In this document: positions 46,901 to 54,989 of the stretch, in pieces
How positions within the stretch are numbered: the first letter of the stretch is position 1
How the letters are laid out: each line of letters starts with the position of its first letter
Origin: Dehalococcoidia bacterium
Lineage (GTDB): Bacteria > Chloroflexota > Dehalococcoidia > Plut-88900
DNA: 64,000 nucleotides
Direction of reading: 5' to 3'
Assembly (NCBI GenBank): GCA_965197645.1
Contig: OZ240219.1
Span: 1,344,001 to 1,408,000, forward strand
Program-made: the position numbers and the translations under genes
Notes under the pieces: model-generated
Seen by the model: only the letters and a program-made list of their open reading frames with translations
The model's database searches: none
Told to the model about the DNA's origin: nothing

Positions 46901-47002
46901 CGTAGGCGTCGGCTGTGAGTCGCACGCTATCAGCGTCGCCAACATCAGCACGATACAGGCAACGATTAATACCGATTTCCGATTAACAGTAATGTGTTTC
47001 AT
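43985..47002 (-). CDS. M16 family zinc peptidase (PqqL-like) lipoprotein
   Basis: HFVEH, NARTSFD, LRERIRE..TY; lipobox LIAC; PT linker. Confidence 0.92.
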   Translation of the reverse strand: MKHITVNRKSVLIVACIVLMLATLIACDSQPTPTADPEPTATPAVPTPLSSPEAAPTASPEPTATPTPVSTPAPELMATAAPEPEVDEPLDFDPSVVRGTLSNGLSYYIRHNEEPRDRAQLMLAVRAGSVHEEEEQRGLAHFVEHMAFNGTERFAKQEIVDYLESIGSGFGPDLNARTSFDDTLYYLEIPTDDPVITETAFQILSDWAYAISFDPEEVELERDVVMEEWRLYQGFGSRLEDSLFQLLFGSSLYGQRTPIGLPEVIETAPVEQLRAFYERWYRPDLMAVIVVGDFDVELIEAKVKQHFAPPPEGEANQPSAAVAASASDRPGFDFERHETPRIEVFTDSESPGSQFVLIRKLAPDTGRDLTAFRSYVAETLAFMMLNSRLFERGQSEDPPYLSASAGRSGYVEPLDILTFGGWVEPDGIERGLEAMLEEIQRVSQHGFTGGELTREKANLLSSVESLYKQRDQTLSANLANRYVNHFFKGIPVPGIEAEWALYQEVLPQISLAEFDAVVESWTKSEDTALLVVRPEETEAGSDGGLTAVALARIEAADTLELDAYVDVLGDVPLLATLPTPGSITSEEQIESIDAERWTLSNGITVIAKQTDFRDDEVEFAAFSPGGHSLVTDEDHVSALYAAALAAGSGVGPHDNVALEKLLAGKVVSVSPYIGELFEGFGGSASPEDLETLFQLITLYATAPRLDPTVFAQYEARLRSIAETRAAQPDGVLFDTVNTLRSQNHFRGRPLTVELLEELSLERAEAVYTDRFADMGDATFVFVGAFDWENLRSLTATYLASLPATGRAEEWEDVGIDPPTGIIDQTVRSGIEPRSNTVVVFAGDMKWSRQEALTLNVAGEMLGIRLRERIREALGGTYSIFVDAGGSRLPDPEYLVAIIFGSDPTRTEELFEEVLEEVDWLRAGGEQEYLDKVKELLRTNREERLRENGFWLNQIQTAAQQGEPFMEIVGFDDRLEELTLEHVAAAAQRYLVDDNYIRVVLFPEEE

Positions 47003-47300
47003 CTCTCGTCTTTCATCCTGGTCTGTTCGAAAAGGTTGCATCAGTAGGCGGGCAAACACGGTCGGACCGCGACCTTCAGACGTGCTCATAGAATCTGATA
47101 CGTCCAACCGCGCATCTCGAATATGTTACTGTCCACTGTCAAGGCACCCGCCCAACGGACCCGGCTTCTACCACAAAAACTCGCAAAGTGTTTATACTCT
47201 TCCCTCGAGAATCAATGGACTGAAAAGAGAGGGAATTGAGCTTGTCTCAAAAGTACGGACGCCTTAGTCCCAACCACCCGCCCTCGGAAGGTTTTGTAGC

Positions 47301-47354
47301 TGGGGGAACATCCCCCAAGTCCCCTGCCAGAGGGAAGTTTCCCTCTGGACTCTC
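47301..47354. repeat. REP/MITE-like double hairpin
   Basis: TGGGGGA-ACA-TCCCCCA and CCAGAGGGAA-GT-TTCCCTCTGG; related element at 63864-63963. Confidence 0.5.
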
Positions 47355-47382
47355 TCAAAGCAGGGTTCTGAGACAGGCTCAA

Positions 47383-49668
47383 TTGAGTACCCACATAAAA
47401 CTACTGGCGGTAGCTGGGCTGATGGTCGTAGTCATCCTGGCAGCCGCGTGTCAAGGGGATGAAGCAGCCACACCCACCTCGACCGAGGCTCCGACGCCCA
47501 CCCCGACCCCAACACCCACCGCGGCCCCGACGGCCACGGCAGTTCCCACTCCTACACCTGCCGTCCAAGAACCTGGCCCCACCGACCGCTACTTTTCCAT
47601 GGACCGTGTTCTGGACATCGCCATCGAGATTGCGCCGGAGGACTGGGACACTCTGCGGCACCAGACCCGCACATTCGAGGACCTGATAGCTGAGATCGAG
47701 AAATACGGTCTCTCTCAACCGTTCGCCAGCATCTACACATGGTTCCCGGGCACGGTGACGGTGGACGGAGAGGTCTACACCGAAGTCGGCGTCCGCAAGA
47801 AGGGGTTCCTCGGCTCCCAGAGTGAGACCAAGCCCTCTCTCAAGCTCCGCTTCGACAAGTACGTAGAAGGGCAGGCCCTGGGCGGCGCCGTCGAGCGCAT
47901 GGCCTTGAACAACAGCATCCAGGACTCCTCGATGATCAACACCTGCCTGGCCTACCAGGTCTTCGCCGCCGCCGGGTCGCCGACCCCTCGCTGCAACTTC
48001 GCCACCGTTTCGGTAAATGGGAAGAACCTCGGCTTGTACGTTCACGTCGAGGAATACAAGTCCCCCTTCCTGGCGCGCCACTTCGCCAACGCCGAGGGCA
48101 ACCTGTACGAGGGAACGGTCAGCGATTTCACTCCTGAGTATCGCGGCACCTTCGAAAAGAAGACCAACGAAGACGCCGACGACTGGTCGGACATAGATGC
48201 CGTGGTCGCCGCGTTGCAAGACCCCTCCGCCGCAGGCCTGGAATCGCTGGCGGAGGCCGTCGACCTGGACCGCTTCCTGACCTTCTGGGCCACGGAGGTG
48301 CTGGTGGGCCATTGGGACGGATACTCCGGCGACCGCAATAACTACTACTTCTACCGGGAACCCGACGATCCCTTTGTGTTCATACCCGCGGGCGCAGATG
48401 ACGTCTTTCACCTGAAGGACGATCCCAACCCCTTCGACAACATCAGCGATCCTCCGCCGTCGGTGCTGGCCCTCGCCGCCATTCCCAACCGACTGTACCG
48501 GAATGATGATTGGCGGGCTAAATACGTCGCTCGCCTGAAAGAGCTGCTGGATACCGCCTGGAACGAAGAGTATCTGTTGGACAGCGTCGACGAAATGGCC
48601 ACCATCGTCCAGGAGCATGCACTGCCCGAAAGTCGGGCGGCAGCAGCCGCGGACGCTGAACGGGTGCGCCAGTTCATAATGAAACGGCGCGCCGAGATCC
48701 TGGACGACCTCACGCCCGAACCACCGGAATGGCCGGCGCCGGACCAATCCAACGTACCTTTGGGCGGGTTTGAGCCCGGCAACGTGGAACTGCACTTCGA
48801 GACCGATTGGGGGACCAACAGAAGCATCAATCCTTTCGGAGAGGGACAAATCACCTATCTGGCGCTGAACGGTATGGAACAGCACGTCACCGGCTGGGGC
48901 ATGATCGCCGGCGTTGCCAGCGCGGAAGAAAGGGATCTGCTGCCGGCCACTGCCGAGATAGCGTCTCTCGCGGCCCTCGTTATTAGACCCGACGGTTCCT
49001 TCGAGGGTTTCACCATCGCGGTGTCCATGGACCGGCTGTTCGGTGGCGCCATCCTGGTCATAGGTGAGGATGAGGTCGCCGGAGGCCGTTGGTCCATACC
49101 CGCCGGGTCTGCCGACCTGGACCGATTCTCACTGTTCACCGAAGGCCTGCTAGAGCTGGACGCTGCCGGCTCCGAACGCGGTGCGGCCATCACGGGACGT
49201 TTCTACGGGGCATGGGGTGGCGCGCAACTCCCCGGTGAAGGGGAAGGCACTGTCGCCATGGAAGTGGGCCTGGTCATCAATGAAATCGCCGCCAGTGGTG
49301 AGCCTCTGGACTGGGTCGAGCTCTACAACGCCTCGGAGTCCCACCTAGCCCTAGCCAACTTTGTGTTGTCCGACGACCTGCTGGATGCGGGAAAGCGGAC
49401 CGCATTCCCGGCTGACCTGGTAGTCCCGCCAGGCGGGTATCTACAGGTCGAGTTGGACAAGGAAAACTGGCCCGGCTTTGCCCTCGGTCAGGACGAGGAG
49501 CTGGGAATCTGGACGGCGGAAGGCAGCCTCGTCGATTCGGTTGATTGGGCCGATGGACAGGCCGGCGAGGGCTTGAGCTACGCCCGCGTTCCCGACGTTA
49601 CGGGAGACTTCCGTACCGTTAGCAACCCCACGCCGGGCCTACCGAATCAAGAACCGGCGTCGCAGTGA
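47383..49668 (+). CDS. CotH kinase-family lipoprotein with C-terminal lamin-tail domain
   Basis: VGVRKKG, KPSLKL.FDKY, GLY.HVEE, HWDGY..NNYY; INEI..DWVELYN..PTPG; lipobox AAAC; start inferred. Confidence 0.85.
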   Translation: MSTHIKLLAVAGLMVVVILAAACQGDEAATPTSTEAPTPTPTPTPTAAPTATAVPTPTPAVQEPGPTDRYFSMDRVLDIAIEIAPEDWDTLRHQTRTFEDLIAEIEKYGLSQPFASIYTWFPGTVTVDGEVYTEVGVRKKGFLGSQSETKPSLKLRFDKYVEGQALGGAVERMALNNSIQDSSMINTCLAYQVFAAAGSPTPRCNFATVSVNGKNLGLYVHVEEYKSPFLARHFANAEGNLYEGTVSDFTPEYRGTFEKKTNEDADDWSDIDAVVAALQDPSAAGLESLAEAVDLDRFLTFWATEVLVGHWDGYSGDRNNYYFYREPDDPFVFIPAGADDVFHLKDDPNPFDNISDPPPSVLALAAIPNRLYRNDDWRAKYVARLKELLDTAWNEEYLLDSVDEMATIVQEHALPESRAAAAADAERVRQFIMKRRAEILDDLTPEPPEWPAPDQSNVPLGGFEPGNVELHFETDWGTNRSINPFGEGQITYLALNGMEQHVTGWGMIAGVASAEERDLLPATAEIASLAALVIRPDGSFEGFTIAVSMDRLFGGAILVIGEDEVAGGRWSIPAGSADLDRFSLFTEGLLELDAAGSERGAAITGRFYGAWGGAQLPGEGEGTVAMEVGLVINEIAASGEPLDWVELYNASESHLALANFVLSDDLLDAGKRTAFPADLVVPPGGYLQVELDKENWPGFALGQDEELGIWTAEGSLVDSVDWADGQAGEGLSYARVPDVTGDFRTVSNPTPGLPNQEPASQ

Positions 49669-49761
49669 GCCGGCGTTCACTTTGACGGAGGAAGGACAGA
49701 CGTCCCTGATAATCCAAAGTTTTGCCTGACAAGAGAGCCAGGTAAGCAAAGAAAGGACATC

Positions 49762-51378
49762 ATGGCATCCCTATACTTAAGTCGCCTATCCAACGAGGAA
49801 CGAACCGTCTTAGTAAAAAGCCTGCACGATTCCCAGAAGGAGAACTGTTTTATCTGCGGACTGGCCATCAATTTAGACTTACACGCTGACAGTCTCGACA
49901 TCGACCATATCGAGCCAACCAGTGCCGGTGGCAAAGATGGTCCAGAGAACTTCGCACTAACTCACGATTCCTGCAACCGGTCAAAACAAGCTAGTGACTT
50001 ACGGGTGGCCCGAGTGCTAGCTTCTTTTGATACCCTCGCACAGAAAATAGCAGATGAAAACCGATCCCCGAACCTCGGCGATGTCTTGGCACAACACGAA
50101 GGCAGTCTGTACAAACTGCCAATAACCATTAACGGGGATTCGATAGAAACAACTTTCTCAGACATCGGCCAGAATGAGGTGAAAGTCCTCCCAGTATATG
50201 AGGACGACATATCGGGTTTTCGTTCCTGTTTCATCAACCTTCCAATCGAGTACTTGCACCACGACGACCACATAAATCCAAGGGCGATTGGTAGCAATTT
50301 GAGGAAACTGGTGGTGGAGTTTCACAAGAAGCTCCCACAACTCCACATCTCCTTGGGGTGGGTCGACACCTCTCAAGGAAGCCGCGTCAAGGTCAAAATC
50401 TTCGACGGCCAGCACAAAGCCGCTGCACAAGTCCTGTTGGGTACCCGTAGCTTGCCGGTAAGGGTCTTTATCGATCCGGACACGGATGCACTCCTTACCG
50501 CTAACACCAATGCTGGCACCGTCTTACGCCAGGTCGCTTTTGACAAATCAGCGCAACGTAGCTTGGGAAGCTCCATACTGAGTAACAGGATTGACAGATA
50601 TCGCGTGGAGTTGGGCCTTGACTCTGACGACGAAAGTTTCTCAGAACGGGATCTGGTCAACCACTTCAAGGGCGAGGGACGGGAGATGCGGAGATACGTC
50701 CTCGACCGGGTGCGCGACGGCATAACCACTCACCCCGACAACAAGCTTCGCGACTACATCGAGTACGGAGGTCGAAACACGGGAAAACCTCTCAGCTATA
50801 GTACTGTCGAGAAAACCTTCTACCAGTTCTTCATCTACGGCAACGTGCTCACGACATCGTTCAACCACAGATTCCAGGAAGGTGCGAACCCGCGCCAACT
50901 GGAGATCGAACAAACTGTTAGACTGATGAACATCGTCGCCGATGAAATCTACATAGGACAATTTGACCCCACTCGGGGCACAGGCCGTATAGAGAGCGAT
51001 GTCCAGAGGGGGAAAGACATTGCAGAACCCCACCTCCGCGCTTTCAGGATGTCAAAGGAGGAGATAACCCACAACTGGTTACGGCTCGTACGACAAATCG
51101 TCTACCACTACTTCGTTACGACGGGAAAGCCGATTGACGAGAACAAGCTCTTCCAACAGCAAATCCCCGAAGCCTGTTGGAAGAACGTCGAGAATTTCAT
51201 TGATGCCTTGAAACGCCTCCCGTTGTGGGTCAACAAGGACCTCTCCCTCTCCGCCTTCGGTACCAAACGAACCAACGATTACTGGCACTCGATTTTTGAA
51301 AGTGGGAGCACGCCGGACGGTGGAGTGGTTATACTCTCGGGCCTGAACCTGTTGGAAATGATCAAAGGCCAAAACTAG
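49762..51378 (+). CDS. HNH endonuclease fused to a DGQH(R)/ParB-like domain
   Basis: CFIC..IDHIEP..GG..N..H..CN.SK; IFDGQHKAAA; lower GC. Confidence 0.75.
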   Translation: MASLYLSRLSNEERTVLVKSLHDSQKENCFICGLAINLDLHADSLDIDHIEPTSAGGKDGPENFALTHDSCNRSKQASDLRVARVLASFDTLAQKIADENRSPNLGDVLAQHEGSLYKLPITINGDSIETTFSDIGQNEVKVLPVYEDDISGFRSCFINLPIEYLHHDDHINPRAIGSNLRKLVVEFHKKLPQLHISLGWVDTSQGSRVKVKIFDGQHKAAAQVLLGTRSLPVRVFIDPDTDALLTANTNAGTVLRQVAFDKSAQRSLGSSILSNRIDRYRVELGLDSDDESFSERDLVNHFKGEGREMRRYVLDRVRDGITTHPDNKLRDYIEYGGRNTGKPLSYSTVEKTFYQFFIYGNVLTTSFNHRFQEGANPRQLEIEQTVRLMNIVADEIYIGQFDPTRGTGRIESDVQRGKDIAEPHLRAFRMSKEEITHNWLRLVRQIVYHYFVTTGKPIDENKLFQQQIPEACWKNVENFIDALKRLPLWVNKDLSLSAFGTKRTNDYWHSIFESGSTPDGGVVILSGLNLLEMIKGQN

Positions 51379-51574
51379 GCCTGTGCAAGTGGGGCAAGAC
51401 CTGCAAATTGTTCAAGCGATCCACTGCCAGGAGCTGAAGACTGACCTAGCTGAAAAAGAAGGAGCAAGGGGACAACGATGAATATCCACAGCTCCCCACA
51501 CCAGCACCCTCCACGCAACGGCGTCCGGGCTGCTAGGAACAACAAGGGTTGCTATCTGCCCTCGTTCGGGTCAG

Positions 51575-54067
51575 TCATAGGGACTTGACAGCGTTCTCTA
51601 TCGCTGATGTAGCGTCCTGATAGTCTACGTCGGGTGAGAAGCTCAACGGCTTGCCCACTCGGACTTCGACTCTGCCTCGCCGGAGAACGGGGAATCGTTT
51701 AGGGAAACCCAACCTATCGATGTGCAGGCGCATGGGCACTACCGGAATTCGCCCCTCGACGGCGACCAGGCCGGTGCCGTTCAGGAAGGGCTTGATGGGC
51801 CCTCCGACGGTGAGCTCGCCCTCCGGGTATATCAGCACCGACCAGCCCTTGTCCATGATCTTCCCCATGTTCTCCAGGCTGGGCCTCACCGAGCCTTCCT
51901 TCGCCAGAGGGAAGGCATTGCCCAACAGGGGGTTCATGACCCACCAGACCGGATTCCGCCACAGATCGGCTGCCCCGGCCACTGCCATCCGGCGGCGCCA
52001 CTTGAGGGGGACCGCCTTGATAATCAACGGGTTGTCCAGGCCCAGGTGGTGGTTGGATGCGAAGAGCACGGGGCCTGCGATGCCTTCCAGGTTCTCGCGT
52101 CCCACCACCTTCAGCTTGTAGGGGAGGCTGACGATGGGGAAGACCAACGCCCGCTGGAGGAATCCGCGAAGCATCCGGCACCACCACTTCATGCCCCAGG
52201 CTGGAAAGCTCATCATCGGCGGATTCCTCGATCCCTCTTCGACCAAGACCCGGAGGGCCTGGACCGTCATCTCCGGGCCCACCTGGCTCTCATCCATGTA
52301 GACGCCGAGCTCGGCCTCGATTGCCGAAAGCAACTCGACGCGGCCGAGGGAGTCGAGCTCAAGGTCATCGCCGAGGGTCGAGTCGTCCCGCACGTCTCCG
52401 ACTTCCCGCTTGCTCACCTCGCCGATGATCTGCCGTAGGTCCCTTGCTTCGCCGCTCCCGGAGGGCGCCGCGGTCGCAGCCGGGCTCTCAGGCTGCAGCT
52501 TGCCCAGGATCGTATCGATCACTAGCTGCTTCTTTACCTTGAGGGTGTGGGTGCGGGGAAAGTCCTCGTCGGTCCAAACGGTGAAGCCTCGTATCCGTTG
52601 CTGCTCGGCCAGCTGCTCATTGGTCCAGGAGACAGCATCCTGGGCCGTATCGGCGTTATCCAGGATCAGGGCTGCGTGCACCTCAACCGAGGAGCCCTTG
52701 GTGAGTCCCACCACGGCCGCATCGGTGACGTTTGGATGCTTTGTCAGCACCGTCTGGATGTCCTCCGGGAAGATGTTCTGGCCGCTGGAGAGCACGATCA
52801 TATCCTTTTTCCTGCCCTGGATGTGCAGGAACCCCTCGTCGTCGAAGAAGCCCAGGTCGCCGGTCTTGTACCACTCTCCGTCGAAGGCGGCTGCGGTCTC
52901 TTCGGGCGCACGCCAGTAACCCGGAGTGACGTTGTCGCCGCGCACCTGAATCTCGCCTTCATCGCTGATCTTCACCTCCACGTTGGGCAGTGGCCGGCCG
53001 GTGGAGTCGAGACGGCGTTCTTCCAGGTTGTGGTTGCTGATGACGGGGGACGCCTCGGTGGTGCCATAGCCCTGAATGATCTTGACGCCGAGCATCTCCC
53101 ACTTGCGTCCCACGTCCGGGTCCAGCGCCGCACCTCCCGACGCGATGAAATCGAGCTTGCCTCCAAATTGCTTGTGGACGCGGCGGAACAGAAGGCGTCT
53201 CAGCGGGAACGGGGTCCGCCCGGCCACCTTGAGAAGCCGGTTCCAGAGGGCTTCCCTTCCCTGGCGTTTCACCTCACGCTCGATCCCGTTCATCAGCAGA
53301 TCCAGCGCCTGAGGGACGAGGAGCATGATGGTTATCTTGCGCTCGCGCATGGTCCGGGCCAGGACGGTCGGTTGGCGGCTGGTCAGATACGTGACGCTGG
53401 CGCCGCTGTTCAACACGATGAATAATCCTGCCATCTGCTCGTACATGTGGCTTAGGGGAAGGACCGACAGGAGCCGGCTGGACGTCTTGCAAGTGATGTA
53501 CTGGGATATGCCTTCTATATTGGACGTCAGGTTCCGATGCGTGAGCATTACGCCCTTTGGGTCGCCCGTCGTGCCGGAAGTAAACATGATCTCGAGAAGA
53601 TCGTCCGACTCGATGTCCACGTGCTCCGGCTCAGGCAGGCCCTGGATGGCGGTCTCCAGCTCCTCGAAGGTAACCTCGGGGACACGCAGTTCCACCTCCC
53701 CTTTGGGAGTGAACCGAGACGTGAACGCCAGCTTGGGCTCCGTCCTGGATATGACCCTGGCGACGTAGTCGGGCGCGCTGCGCAGGTCCAGGGGAATCAG
53801 TACGACTCCCGCGCGGATACACCCGAAGAAGACGACCACCCAGTGGGGAGAGTTGGGGGCCCACAGGATGGCCTGGTCTCCCTTGGTCAAACCCCGGCGC
53901 TGCAGGAGGGTTGCAACCCGACCCGATTCGTCCCACAGTCGTGAGTAGCTCCACCGCTGGTACCGGAACGCCGGCTTGAACAACAGAGCATCTCGAGGGC
54001 CGTGTTTCTCGACCGCTTCCCGGAGAAAGTTGACGACGGTGTTACCACCCTTACGAGCTTGACCCAT
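51575..54067 (-). CDS. AMP-binding acyl-CoA/ACP synthetase + carrier domain + acyltransferase (Aas-like)
   Basis: FTSGTTGDPKG, GYGTTE, TGD, LDSL, NH..LD, YPEG. Confidence 0.9.
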   Translation of the reverse strand: MGQARKGGNTVVNFLREAVEKHGPRDALLFKPAFRYQRWSYSRLWDESGRVATLLQRRGLTKGDQAILWAPNSPHWVVVFFGCIRAGVVLIPLDLRSAPDYVARVISRTEPKLAFTSRFTPKGEVELRVPEVTFEELETAIQGLPEPEHVDIESDDLLEIMFTSGTTGDPKGVMLTHRNLTSNIEGISQYITCKTSSRLLSVLPLSHMYEQMAGLFIVLNSGASVTYLTSRQPTVLARTMRERKITIMLLVPQALDLLMNGIEREVKRQGREALWNRLLKVAGRTPFPLRRLLFRRVHKQFGGKLDFIASGGAALDPDVGRKWEMLGVKIIQGYGTTEASPVISNHNLEERRLDSTGRPLPNVEVKISDEGEIQVRGDNVTPGYWRAPEETAAAFDGEWYKTGDLGFFDDEGFLHIQGRKKDMIVLSSGQNIFPEDIQTVLTKHPNVTDAAVVGLTKGSSVEVHAALILDNADTAQDAVSWTNEQLAEQQRIRGFTVWTDEDFPRTHTLKVKKQLVIDTILGKLQPESPAATAAPSGSGEARDLRQIIGEVSKREVGDVRDDSTLGDDLELDSLGRVELLSAIEAELGVYMDESQVGPEMTVQALRVLVEEGSRNPPMMSFPAWGMKWWCRMLRGFLQRALVFPIVSLPYKLKVVGRENLEGIAGPVLFASNHHLGLDNPLIIKAVPLKWRRRMAVAGAADLWRNPVWWVMNPLLGNAFPLAKEGSVRPSLENMGKIMDKGWSVLIYPEGELTVGGPIKPFLNGTGLVAVEGRIPVVPMRLHIDRLGFPKRFPVLRRGRVEVRVGKPLSFSPDVDYQDATSAIENAVKSL

Positions 54068-54167
54068 GGCTACCTCCTTGTTGCTGTGGGTAGCTTAACA
54101 GGTTGAGGCCCTCCCTTCAGGCACGATGCGGCGTTCCAGCGAGTTTCTCCCGGAGCGACCGCCCCGG

Positions 54168-54881
54168 TCAGACGGCGTACCGTTGAACAAGCCCTCGGAG
54201 GGCTCTGTGAGGCTCCTTCCGCATGGGAGGGAAGTGACTGAAGCATATGGTATCGAAATCGAGATCGAGGAGCTTTTCCAGGGACCGCAACGCCTCTACA
54301 GGGTGTTGGGTGACCCCAACAGCAGGTGGACTCAGCCTCCAGGCGAGCTTGTACTGCAGTGCGTCTCCTACAATGATGGCCCGCTTCTCCGGCAGGTGGA
54401 GGGCGATGCTGCCGGGCGTATGCCCGGGAAGGTGGACGGCTCGGACTTCGGTCCCAAATGGAAGGATGTCGCCGTCCTCCAGCCGATCGTCCACGGGAAC
54501 GGGCTTTCCCACGAGCCTGGCGAGCATCGGCTTTGCCACCATGGCGAGCAGTTTGTTTTGCAGTGGACTCGGGGCCGGCACCTTGCCCTCGACGACGTCC
54601 GCCTCCAGCCGATGCGCAGCAACTGAGATATCTCTTCCCTCGACCAGTTCGCTGAGGCCGCCCGAGTGGTCGGGGTGGGCGTGGGTAACAACGACCCGTG
54701 CTATCTGGTCGATAGACAGGTCAAGGGTCTCCAGCCCCTGGGTTATGGGGCCCAGGCTTCCGCGGAGCCCCGCATCGACCAACAGCACCTCGCCATCCTC
54801 GACCAGGACGGTTACCCGGGCGCCGATAGCCCGGACCTGGAATACTCCGTGGGTAATGCGTATCGGCTTTCCGAAGATCAT
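54168..54881 (-). CDS. MBL-fold metallo-hydrolase
   Basis: THAHPDH, PGHTPGS, GD. Confidence 0.92.
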   Translation of the reverse strand: MIFGKPIRITHGVFQVRAIGARVTVLVEDGEVLLVDAGLRGSLGPITQGLETLDLSIDQIARVVVTHAHPDHSGGLSELVEGRDISVAAHRLEADVVEGKVPAPSPLQNKLLAMVAKPMLARLVGKPVPVDDRLEDGDILPFGTEVRAVHLPGHTPGSIALHLPEKRAIIVGDALQYKLAWRLSPPAVGVTQHPVEALRSLEKLLDLDFDTICFSHFPPMRKEPHRALRGLVQRYAV

Positions 54882-54989
54882 GAGTCTGCTTTGTTGCGGC
54901 TGTCCGCCTCCGGCCCTATCATCGCTCGCCGCTACTACACTAGCGTGTCACAGACGTACGTCTTTTGCAACCAAGTTATCAGACCGGCC

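Noticed and set aside
51575-54067. A-T-acyltransferase fusion as an NRPS-like novelty
   Set aside because: Known architecture of lipid-recycling acyl-synthetase/acyltransferase proteins.
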